A stretch of DNA of 32,000 bases from Desulfosporosinus sp. (GTDB taxonomy: Bacteria > Bacillota > Desulfitobacteriia > Desulfitobacteriales > Desulfitobacteriaceae): assembly GCA_003512645.1 (NCBI GenBank), contig DOPS01000280.1:7734-39733 (forward strand), read 5' to 3'. Of this stretch, positions 14,733 to 24,056 are shown piece by piece (the first letter of the stretch is position 1; every line of letters starts with the position of its first letter). The notes under the pieces are model-generated. The model was given only the letters and a program-made list of their open reading frames with translations. It had not been told where the DNA came from and ran no database searches. The position numbers were made by a program, and so were the translations under genes.

Positions 14733-17700
14733 TCAAATAATATCAATTAATCGCACCTCATAAGCGATCCTCTCACCCGCCACCCTATAAACATAAACAT
14801 GCTCCCTAATCAAACCATAATCCTGCTCCATTAAATCTTGGCTAAGCTCCCCTTCATTCGACGTCAAGATAATATATCGACTAACACCTTCAGTATCTTC
14901 GCTGATAAAATCAACCAAGCCATATGCATCCATCCTTTTCAGATTAAGCCTGCCTTGGTGGGTTTCATAATCTTTAACGATGCTTTCAAAATCATTGGGA
15001 ATTAAACGGCTATAGGGTGAATCTTCATAGGGTTGCACCTTAAATTGTGCTACCTTTTTCACAGAACGTAATTGTATGCTACGCTCCCTCTCGATTTCCT
15101 CTAATCGATCATGGCGACGCTCTTCTAGATCCTCAATCTGACTGATGGTCTGGTTGATCAGAGCACTATTTTTATGTGCGACATCTTCAGTCTGATATCT
15201 TTGCAGGCGCTCATAAAGGGTCGTCATTTGGGTATCAAATGAACGTCTTAAAAATTGACTTTTGCGATTCAGTAACTCTTCACGGCCTAGACGCAATGTG
15301 ATTAACTGTAGACGTGCTTGTTTAATGACTTCTCCCTTAAAGGTTTCGTCTTCAGATATGCCGATCTCCGTCCCCTTGATCGTGTCACTAAACAGCCAAT
15401 AGGGGGACAAGCGAATATAGGCACCATTAGCCCGCTTGGCCAGCAACAGCAAGCTGCGTTCTAATTCCCGTCCTTGCCCATTCACAAAACTAATTTCATT
15501 CAACTCAACAGTCATAGGTTCGTTCACTTTACACCTTATACTGCAAGTCGGCAGTGATATTCGTTGGACATCTTGCTCGGCATAAGCCAAGGCTAACTTA
15601 TAGAGTGGATGATCATTGGCTAAAAGTAATAAATCTTCAGTCTCTTTATCTTCCTTGACCGTAAACCGGTACGTTCCTTCATCACTGAAATGGATCTTAT
15701 GCTTTTTGCTAAAGTCTCGCACAGATTTAGGAATACGATCTATACGAATGATAGACTTATCATTTGATAGATTCAATTTCAAACGTGTTGACTGTAATTG
15801 TTCTAAAGCAAACTGTCCGTAGACACGCGCAGGTATGCTTTCCAGGGATAATTCATTATAGGAACGCCTCACTCCTGGGAGATCAAAGCTTTGATCATCG
15901 AGCCGCTCTTCTCGAGCTTGTTCCAGGAGCCGGCGATGTTCTTCTGATAAACGTTTTTCCATCTGAGCGATCAGATCATCAAGATTTTCTCTTCCAGAAA
16001 TAGCTTTTTCCATGAGGCTTGCCAGATCAATCTCCTCTTCTTCCAGAACTTCTCCAATGAAATCGTAGACAAGCTCCTGGCCTAGATCAACGCGCATTTG
16101 CTCAAGCTTCTCTAATAGACGTTTCATGACTTCCCCTTCGCGAGTGTTCACTGCCACAAGGTTAAAGACAAAGACTTCGTTCCTTTGCCCAATTCTATGA
16201 ATACGCCCCATACGCTGCTCGAGTCTGTTCGGATTCCATGGAACATCGTAATTAATCAACTGATTACAAAATTGAAGGTTGATTGATTCTCCACCAGCAT
16301 CGGTTGCCAACATAATCTGGACGTCACCCCGGAACTTTTCAATTTCTTCCCGACGTCGATCCATTGAGAAATCCCCTACAATTTTTGCCACCGATGGTAC
16401 CCGATCAAGTAAGCGCCGTTCTAAATAATTCAGGGTATCTTTGGCCTCCGAAAAAAGAAGAATTTTTTCTCCTTTGGCTAAAAGGCCCTCTGGTCCAAAC
16501 AAGGTAGATTCTAACTCTTGATATTTTCGCTCCACATCACTCAAGCGAACTCCATTGGCCTTTCTAATTAAATCCGTCAATTCATTGATTTCTAGCTGCA
16601 ATTCATAGAGGTCAATCGCATCCGTTTCGCCCTCCGCAACGCCCTCTAGTTCATCTTGTTCTTCAACTGTGGCCTCTTCATACTCCTCAATGGAGAAAAC
16701 ACGGACTTGTTTCAGCTCGTTTTTCAGGACATCTTCAAGCCGTTCTTTACGCCGTACCAACGATAAATAAATCGCCTCAATAGACGAGCTCAGCCTTCGT
16801 TGCAAGAGCATCATAGCAAATGCCGTACTGTGATTATTATTCTTTTTGGCCCGGTTAAAATGCTCACTGACATAGGACGTGACATCGTTATATAACTCTA
16901 ATTCATCAATGGACAAATTAAAGGCTAAGGTTTGAGTGGTCCGCTTAGGAAATAAGGGCGTACCATCAAAGGTGACCATAGACTCTTTCAAGCGACGAAT
17001 GATAAAGGGATTGGTTTTCTCATACAAAGAGTCGCTGGTATTGAGGTTCGAAAACAGATCATGGTCTATGAGGTTCATTAAGTGGCGAAAGTTCTCTTTA
17101 TCTCCCTTATGCGGGGTAGCCGTTAATAACAAACAGTGTTCTGCATTTCGCAAGAGCACTTCCCCAAGTTGATACATCTTAGTTCTTTGAATTTTTCGCT
17201 GCTTTACCCCATGAGTGTAGGCCGCCATTTTATGCGCTTCATCCACAATGATCAGATCGAATTTAGAACGGATCAAATAGTTTTTGACATCCTCACGCAT
17301 TGCCCAGTAAAGTGAGGCCAGGCAATTGTCGTGTTGATCAAATGGATTGAGATTACCAGATTCACGTAGCGTAGTGCGAGAAATGATCTTAAACTCTTCA
17401 CCAAACTTCTCACTTAACTCTTCTTGCCATTGAGGGAGCACCAGGGGGGGTACAAGAATCAGGATTCTCTCGACACTTTGTCTAGCCAATAATTCTCGAA
17501 TAAGCATTCCCGCCATAATTGTTTTTCCTGCACCTGGGTCATCCGCCAGCAAAAAACGCACCTGTGGGGTTTGCAACATTCGGCTGTAAACAGCTTCAAT
17601 TTGATGGGGTAAAGGTATAATCTGTTGGTTTCCTCGCATCCTTGACTTAGAATATCGTTCATCTAGCTTGAGAACATGGTACCGTAAGTAATGACTGATT

Positions 17701-17909
17701 TGATCGAGGGTAGCAACAGGATTAAGGTTTTCTTGTAATAATTCTAACGACTCAAGCTGTTCTAACTCCAGATAGCTTTCATAATACTCTCTCGTCTGGC
17801 GACCAATAGCCTCTACTAAGAAGAGGATCTTATCGATGGGTTCACATTTCTTTATTTCTACTGTTTCCGCCCAATAGGGACCTTGGATGATATCACCAAC
17901 TTTAATCAA
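14733..17909 (-). CDS. brxHII: SNF2-family helicase occupying the BrxL position of the BREX locus (BrxHII-like), with a C-terminal extension of about 450 aa
   Basis: 1058 aa. TTG start 8 nt after GGGGG. Motifs: LADDPGAGKT (I), IIVDEAHKM (II), LLLTATPHKG (III), QRMGRIHRIGQ (VI). It starts 90 nt downstream of pglZ. Confidence 0.7.
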   Translation of the reverse strand: MIKVGDIIQGPYWAETVEIKKCEPIDKILFLVEAIGRQTREYYESYLELEQLESLELLQENLNPVATLDQISHYLRYHVLKLDERYSKSRMRGNQQIIPLPHQIEAVYSRMLQTPQVRFLLADDPGAGKTIMAGMLIRELLARQSVERILILVPPLVLPQWQEELSEKFGEEFKIISRTTLRESGNLNPFDQHDNCLASLYWAMREDVKNYLIRSKFDLIIVDEAHKMAAYTHGVKQRKIQRTKMYQLGEVLLRNAEHCLLLTATPHKGDKENFRHLMNLIDHDLFSNLNTSDSLYEKTNPFIIRRLKESMVTFDGTPLFPKRTTQTLAFNLSIDELELYNDVTSYVSEHFNRAKKNNNHSTAFAMMLLQRRLSSSIEAIYLSLVRRKERLEDVLKNELKQVRVFSIEEYEEATVEEQDELEGVAEGETDAIDLYELQLEINELTDLIRKANGVRLSDVERKYQELESTLFGPEGLLAKGEKILLFSEAKDTLNYLERRLLDRVPSVAKIVGDFSMDRRREEIEKFRGDVQIMLATDAGGESINLQFCNQLINYDVPWNPNRLEQRMGRIHRIGQRNEVFVFNLVAVNTREGEVMKRLLEKLEQMRVDLGQELVYDFIGEVLEEEEIDLASLMEKAISGRENLDDLIAQMEKRLSEEHRRLLEQAREERLDDQSFDLPGVRRSYNELSLESIPARVYGQFALEQLQSTRLKLNLSNDKSIIRIDRIPKSVRDFSKKHKIHFSDEGTYRFTVKEDKETEDLLLLANDHPLYKLALAYAEQDVQRISLPTCSIRCKVNEPMTVELNEISFVNGQGRELERSLLLLAKRANGAYIRLSPYWLFSDTIKGTEIGISEDETFKGEVIKQARLQLITLRLGREELLNRKSQFLRRSFDTQMTTLYERLQRYQTEDVAHKNSALINQTISQIEDLEERRHDRLEEIERERSIQLRSVKKVAQFKVQPYEDSPYSRLIPNDFESIVKDYETHQGRLNLKRMDAYGLVDFISEDTEGVSRYIILTSNEGELSQDLMEQDYGLIREHVYVYRVAGERIAYEVRLIDII

Positions 17910-17999
17910 CAGTTGTACCCCCTACCCCGTCGAAAATCAGATCTTGCACGTTGGATGATCTTTATTTGCCTTTGCCAAATTATTTTTATATGTTACTTC

Positions 18000-20522
18000 T
18001 TAATAAAGCGCCTGGTACATTCTGAGTGTGAACACTTCATCACGATAAAGCTCGACCTTACCCGCTCGAATCGTCTCAATCCTTAACGTGCATGTTTCTC
18101 CTAGCGCATAATGACCTTCTGCCAAGGTGAATAAAACTGAGACATTCCGCTCCATCGCCTCGCCCGTTAAGTCAAACGTATAGATCACTTCATTAGAAGT
18201 TCTCTCGCCATTCTTATAAAAAGCCATCTTAACTTGTCGTAGCAATACATCGTTGGATATCCTTTTCTCTTGGTAGAAAGTTACCTGTTGTCGATAGTTC
18301 GTAATGATCTTATCTGGAGTTGCCACATTGATGTCGACCAGCTCGGCATCGGCAGTGCGGCGATAATCAATCAATGGAATAACCATTTCTTGGGGCATGG
18401 CTCCACCGTGAATGAATTGCAACCCCCCTGCTCCGATAAAACGGTTTAACCCTTTAGTGATCACTGCCTCACAATTAAGGATGACTGCTTCTTCTGGTAG
18501 GCGAATAGCCCCTTCCGGAACAGTTAAGCCCTTTCCTAAAGCGAAGCGTCGATTCTTATCATAGATTTCACCGGTGACCGCCTTGACCTTAGCGTCCGCT
18601 TCCACTTTATTATATTGAAATAAAAAGCCGTGGTCAGCGGTAATAAAGATCCGCTTAGCCTGAAGACGAGAGAGCTTGTCCACCGCATCCTTTAAGGCCG
18701 CAATCGTTCGTTCGACCGCTTCATACGTCTCACGCTCGGTTTTTGCTGTATCCCCCGTCGCATCAATTACATCATGATATAAATAAACCAAACGTTTGCG
18801 CTTGAACTTCTCATCAGCCTCACTAGGCGACCAATCCATGAAATCCCCTAGACGATAACAAACGGCTTCAGGACAATACGCTTGTAAAATAGCTTCTCGG
18901 TTGATTATCCCACGGGTTGATTTTTCATCGACATAGACTGTTCCACCTTCATCAATACGCATTTCACGGTGGGGCAACAGACACGCCATTCCCAGTTGGG
19001 TATAACTCGGCAAACTAACCTTCATGGGTTGAATTGATGCCTCTCCATTGATGCGTTGATTGAGCTGATCTGTTAGATCACGCCCCACCTCATAGCGAAA
19101 GGCATCGGAAATGATCACGAAAATCTTTGTCTGTTCCTTGTTTATAACTGGGCGAATCTTATCAGTAAAGAACTGTTCCTGCTTCAACATCTTACCCTTG
19201 GACTCGACCGTTCCTTCACATAACCAAGCATTAGTTTCTTCTGCCATACGCACAAGATACACATTTTCATACCAATTGGTCAGTTGTTCGATTAAAGGGT
19301 ATAGCAACTCCTTTTGTTCTATATGTAAATAATTTTGCATTAAGTGACGATAAATTTGGTCAATTTTATACCATTCATCTGCGTAAAGACTTAAGAAACT
19401 ATCCCATGACGAAGAATTAGAAGCAAACTTCTTGACCAGCATTTTTAGTTCAGTAAGTTTAATCACATGACTCAACACATCATAGTAACCGGCTAGTTTC
19501 TCCTTTTTCCCCCAATGGGTCTGTCTGTGAGCATTAATTCGCTCGCTCCAGGCACGAAGATCAGCCGTTTGATGCCTAATCTGATCGATCATTTGCTCGA
19601 TTAGTAGCCCCTCTGTCGAAGGGAATGTCGAAGTACGATCATAGGCCTCTAGTGGTTTTGCAATGAGCTGCTCGGGTATCCTGTACTTAGATTCAAACTC
19701 TTTAATATATCCCTCTAATTTCTCTACCTTCGGCTTTTCTTCCCGAAACCAGTCCTCAATAAAGAGAGCACAGGTATTTGGCAAGGTCGAATCTAAGCTC
19801 TGTATCAAAGGGGGATCAATAAGTGCAGCACTAGCAAAATGTTGATAAATCGTAATTTCCATTAAGTTTAATAAAGGATTACCGACCTCATCGATCGCGA
19901 TTCCAAAGTGGGGTAGAATTAACTTCCACATGCGATCGAGGGAGAAGAACTTAGCCACCTTTTTTAAGCCCTCATTGTTAGTTGAATCTAGTCCTAAGTA
20001 TAAGAGCTGCTGGGTAATATCGGGTATGGTCAGCGAGGGGGAACCGATAAGGACAGCAATCATCGCGCTTTCAACCATCTTCTGATCTGCTTTTGCAGGT
20101 AAAATACGCTTTAACTTCTGCTTGCGCTCTTTACCTTTAAAGAACGCAGCAAAGTCCTCCACCATAGGGCGGATGACATGATCCTCTACCTGCAGTTCCT
20201 CGACGACCATAGCAATCTCGTCCGACTTAAACTCCGCTCCATAAAGCAGTATATCCAGTAAGTAATTCTTATCATCCCTTGGACGAGGAAAGGAGGCATA
20301 GAGAATAAAGGAGGTATGGGGATGTTTAATTTCTATGTCATATTTGAGACGAAAGAAGTTATTTTGTGTTATGCGTCGTACTTCCATTGCTTCTGCCACA
20401 AACTCTAGTTCCAACTCAGCAAAGTCCATCTGTTCACTGGCGTCATACCAGAAAAGAATGGCGCGTGGTTTAGCATCGTTCTCTTGAGTAATTTTCTCGC
20501 GCAGTGACTGTATCAAATCCAT
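18000..20522 (-). CDS. pglZ: BREX PglZ (alkaline-phosphatase-fold protein)
   Basis: 840 aa. Motifs: FVIISDAFRYE and RIFITADHGF. The position directly after pglX is canonical for BREX. Confidence 0.85.
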   Translation of the reverse strand: MDLIQSLREKITQENDAKPRAILFWYDASEQMDFAELELEFVAEAMEVRRITQNNFFRLKYDIEIKHPHTSFILYASFPRPRDDKNYLLDILLYGAEFKSDEIAMVVEELQVEDHVIRPMVEDFAAFFKGKERKQKLKRILPAKADQKMVESAMIAVLIGSPSLTIPDITQQLLYLGLDSTNNEGLKKVAKFFSLDRMWKLILPHFGIAIDEVGNPLLNLMEITIYQHFASAALIDPPLIQSLDSTLPNTCALFIEDWFREEKPKVEKLEGYIKEFESKYRIPEQLIAKPLEAYDRTSTFPSTEGLLIEQMIDQIRHQTADLRAWSERINAHRQTHWGKKEKLAGYYDVLSHVIKLTELKMLVKKFASNSSSWDSFLSLYADEWYKIDQIYRHLMQNYLHIEQKELLYPLIEQLTNWYENVYLVRMAEETNAWLCEGTVESKGKMLKQEQFFTDKIRPVINKEQTKIFVIISDAFRYEVGRDLTDQLNQRINGEASIQPMKVSLPSYTQLGMACLLPHREMRIDEGGTVYVDEKSTRGIINREAILQAYCPEAVCYRLGDFMDWSPSEADEKFKRKRLVYLYHDVIDATGDTAKTERETYEAVERTIAALKDAVDKLSRLQAKRIFITADHGFLFQYNKVEADAKVKAVTGEIYDKNRRFALGKGLTVPEGAIRLPEEAVILNCEAVITKGLNRFIGAGGLQFIHGGAMPQEMVIPLIDYRRTADAELVDINVATPDKIITNYRQQVTFYQEKRISNDVLLRQVKMAFYKNGERTSNEVIYTFDLTGEAMERNVSVLFTLAEGHYALGETCTLRIETIRAGKVELYRDEVFTLRMYQALY

Positions 20523-20565
20523 CTCTTACTCAGCCCTTTCCCGAATTCGACCGCTGTTCCAACCC

Positions 20566-23500
20566 CTATATCTTAGCAAGGACCTTCTGTAGTTTCGCGT
20601 AGTTTACTTTCACGCCGTCATCTAAGTCTAGGGCAATTTGAGCATTGGCATATACTGCTAAGACTTTATCAAAATCGATTAACTCTTCAATCCGCCTACG
20701 GAAGAGTTCTTTCTTTTTCTCAAAGGCCCGCTTTTCCACAGCGCTCAAGGATGGGTTAACCAAACGCATTTCCAAAGTATCGATCTCGTTGCTATACTTG
20801 GCTTGGATTTCTTGCAATTGTTCGAAACGAATTGTAGCTAAGGTATCTGGTTGATAGCGATGTAGGTAGATGAGCGTACGTAACCCTTTGGCACTGCCTG
20901 AATCAACGAGCCAGTAGATGGGACGCTTCTGATAAATTTGACAATGGTCTTTGAAGAACTCGTCCAGGAAATAACGTCTGATTCTCTCCTCAGTCGATTC
21001 ATTATTCCTCTGGGTGAGTGATTCAGCAATCCAAGCAAGATTTTCTTCGACGGTATCTTCACTAAAAGTGACAGATAGAAATGTTTTTAGATGAGAGATG
21101 ATATCATTTTCAAAATAGGCGTCATCTGTTAAAAGAATTAAGCCATTCCTGTTAGGAGTGAATTTGTGATAGTTTGATGCATCAAAATCACCACCAGCAT
21201 ATGCAAGCCCCTCAAGATCGAGCGAGTATCTACCCATGACGCAGCCGATGAAGTACGATAAGAATGATTTGCTATCACGCAGGCGATCAGCTTTACGTAC
21301 GGTTACTTCTTCATCTGGGACTTCGGGCGTCATCTCATCTTGGAGTCCGTATTGTTCAATAAAAATACGATTTAGGGATTCTTCGTTGGATTTAAGCTGG
21401 GTGAACCTGTTATCTGCTTCGTTAATCCATCTTGAATAAGTATCCGAGAGTTTAGGAATTTCCTCTTCATGACACAACCATGGATGCCTAATAAAATCCC
21501 ATGATATTTCAGAGGAATTCCAATCTAACCGTGAAATTGAAATATTCTCGTTTACCTTTGATCGTATTTCGATTTTAGAGTGAGGTATTATTACAGGGAG
21601 ATTCTTAATGTTACCAACTTGGGAATGCATGGTAGGATTCAAGATCTTTAGCATTTCTACAGAAATATGACAACACATAAACCCCAGTAATAATTCGTAT
21701 TCATCATTACTAGGAAACGCCATCGAACCCGAGTTATCGAATAAGAATCCTTTAGGGAGAAATCTAACACCAAAATAACTTGAACTAACATCAGACCAAG
21801 TAATTCCTTGGCGAAAGAAGTAGCTTTTGTTTCTAATAATGGAGCGATTGAAGTTTTTAATCCATTGTCCGTCATTTTCCCAGTTAACAACATATTCCTG
21901 ATTTCCGTACCACTTTCTAAATGTACCACCTTTATTATATGGGAACCACTTTCTTTTACTAATTAATGCCTCCTTATAATCCTCAGAGTCAAACCCTATT
22001 TTTTGCATATTTACTTCGAACCAAAATCTTAAAAACTGATCATTATCACCAGTTTCCATCCCTTTCCTTGCCTCTGCTAGTTCATCTAATGTCAAAAATT
22101 CCTTGAATATTTTCCGAACCTGATCTGAACTCCAATAAGCAATTGGCGATCCAGGTATATCTAAGAATCTTTCCGAGCTTACTATTGCATATCGATTTTT
22201 CTTTACTGGAAAAACGCTAGGAATTCCCTCAACTAAATCCTCCAATTCTACATAATTAAATACGCCAACTTGTTTTTTAATACTCCTTAGTATTGTAGCG
22301 CATGTTCCAAATGCAATTCCCATAACGTTATTCCCCATATGTGTCATATTCAAAATCGAAAATTCTTGCAGCAGATGCTTTCGATAATCTTCATATGAAG
22401 ATAAGAACATCCAAGATTGCATCGTGACAGAAACATGGAAGCCAAAAGGTTTAACAAACGATTCCATACGTTCCATAAATACAGCGAATAAATCTGCTTT
22501 ACTATTTTTGTAGTTTTCTCTCAGATGCTCTGACAGCTTTGAATTCATTCCTTTATTGCCCATATAAGGGGGGTTGGTAATGACAATTTCATATCGGTCA
22601 GCAAGGGTCATAGCCTGCGATAATAGTTGTTCAAGTCTCGACAATAGATTTCTCTCGTTATTCACAAATAAGTTCTCGTTAAGCTGAGCCTTTAACCGTT
22701 CTACTTTAGTTAAATACTTGTTAAAATCGATCTGAATAGGCTTTAAAATACTGCCATAATTCTTAGCATCAATAAATGTTCGCAAAAGCAATTCTAATTG
22801 CATTACTTCATCTTCATTTTCCGCAATAAGCGGAACTACTCCCTCATCTAATAAACCATTCGACTCTTGAATCGAAATTATATTGATCTGAGGGGGATTG
22901 CGGAAAATGCGTCTTGATTTCGCTCTCGCTTTCATGAAGAGCGCAAAGGATGCTAGTTGGGCTGCACGGTCATCAATATCAATTCCAAATAAGTTCTTTT
23001 CTAAAATAAGAGTTGGAATATCACTCACGACATAGCCCCGCTCTTCATATATGGAATAGAGCAAATCAAAGGCATAGACCAGAATATGCCCTGACCCACA
23101 GGCAGGGTCTAGCAAACGGATGTTTTCCGGCGATAGTTTAGGGTTCTTTAGCTCTTCTAGTTGTTTCTTCACTTCTTCTGATTGTTCGGCTGATTCCACA
23201 TAATATCTCATTTCAGGCTTTATTGATGATTCGGGATGGGCTTCTAACCACAGGGTCCCCAAAGAATTCTCGACCATGTAGCGTACAATCCAGTTGGGTG
23301 TAAAAAGTTGAGTGGCTGCAGGGATGTCCTCTTTGATAATTTTAATATTTTTCTTTAATTTTGCGGAAACTTCATCCTTTTTTTCAGAGATATAATACTG
23401 ATACAACCAGCCAATCACTTCGACTTCCTGAAAGCTAGCAGTAAGTTCTTCATCCTTCACAAGCTCATTGATTACTGATTCACTGTCTAACAAGAAATCA

Positions 23501-24030
23501 GGCAATAGCAATTCTGTATAATCATCGATCCTCTCAAACATAAACGGCAAGATCGGTTGCAAGGCATTACACTGGGCAATAAAAAGCTTGCGATAGGCAT
23601 CTTCATGATTGCCCGCTTCAAGTAATTTACGGATAGTAGTTTTATCGACCTCAAGCTCCATACTGGCATAGTTGAGCACGATATCAGGCTCCACTTTCCC
23701 CGTACTACTGGAAAGCACGTTCACCCGCTCGGGGAGATACTCATGAATCTCCATATAGCGGATAGCGATAATACGATTGAACCAAATATAGGCCGCTTCT
23801 TCAAGCAACTGTTGATATCCTTTATCCTTATATGCACCCTGCAGTGATTCAAAGGTTCCTTCCATCGAAAGGGGATAAGCAAGCTTATTGACCATAAGCT
23901 TCTCGCCTTGGCGCTCTACTTTAGTATTAGTGTTGGCATCAATGCCGAAGAGCTGCGCTCGTAAGGACACTTTATGAATTAACTCTTGGCGTGCTGATAC
24001 GGCAAATGATTTGAGTGCTGCTTTATTCAT
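20566..24030 (-). CDS. pglX: BREX PglX N6-adenine DNA methyltransferase
   Basis: 1154 aa. SAM motif: LLDPACGSGHIL. Catalytic motif: VITNPPYMG. The N-terminus MNKAALKSFAVSARQELI is typical of PglX. Confidence 0.9.
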   Translation of the reverse strand: MNKAALKSFAVSARQELIHKVSLRAQLFGIDANTNTKVERQGEKLMVNKLAYPLSMEGTFESLQGAYKDKGYQQLLEEAAYIWFNRIIAIRYMEIHEYLPERVNVLSSSTGKVEPDIVLNYASMELEVDKTTIRKLLEAGNHEDAYRKLFIAQCNALQPILPFMFERIDDYTELLLPDFLLDSESVINELVKDEELTASFQEVEVIGWLYQYYISEKKDEVSAKLKKNIKIIKEDIPAATQLFTPNWIVRYMVENSLGTLWLEAHPESSIKPEMRYYVESAEQSEEVKKQLEELKNPKLSPENIRLLDPACGSGHILVYAFDLLYSIYEERGYVVSDIPTLILEKNLFGIDIDDRAAQLASFALFMKARAKSRRIFRNPPQINIISIQESNGLLDEGVVPLIAENEDEVMQLELLLRTFIDAKNYGSILKPIQIDFNKYLTKVERLKAQLNENLFVNNERNLLSRLEQLLSQAMTLADRYEIVITNPPYMGNKGMNSKLSEHLRENYKNSKADLFAVFMERMESFVKPFGFHVSVTMQSWMFLSSYEDYRKHLLQEFSILNMTHMGNNVMGIAFGTCATILRSIKKQVGVFNYVELEDLVEGIPSVFPVKKNRYAIVSSERFLDIPGSPIAYWSSDQVRKIFKEFLTLDELAEARKGMETGDNDQFLRFWFEVNMQKIGFDSEDYKEALISKRKWFPYNKGGTFRKWYGNQEYVVNWENDGQWIKNFNRSIIRNKSYFFRQGITWSDVSSSYFGVRFLPKGFLFDNSGSMAFPSNDEYELLLGFMCCHISVEMLKILNPTMHSQVGNIKNLPVIIPHSKIEIRSKVNENISISRLDWNSSEISWDFIRHPWLCHEEEIPKLSDTYSRWINEADNRFTQLKSNEESLNRIFIEQYGLQDEMTPEVPDEEVTVRKADRLRDSKSFLSYFIGCVMGRYSLDLEGLAYAGGDFDASNYHKFTPNRNGLILLTDDAYFENDIISHLKTFLSVTFSEDTVEENLAWIAESLTQRNNESTEERIRRYFLDEFFKDHCQIYQKRPIYWLVDSGSAKGLRTLIYLHRYQPDTLATIRFEQLQEIQAKYSNEIDTLEMRLVNPSLSAVEKRAFEKKKELFRRRIEELIDFDKVLAVYANAQIALDLDDGVKVNYAKLQKVLAKI

Positions 24031-24056
24031 TCTTAGATTCCTCCCAAGCGCCTTGC

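Noticed and set aside
22533-22546. 14-nt match (ACAGCTTTGAATTC) inside pglX to the direct repeat at 2851-2864
   Set aside because: By rough estimate, several 14-mer matches are expected by chance in 32 kb. The match does not extend into the flanks.
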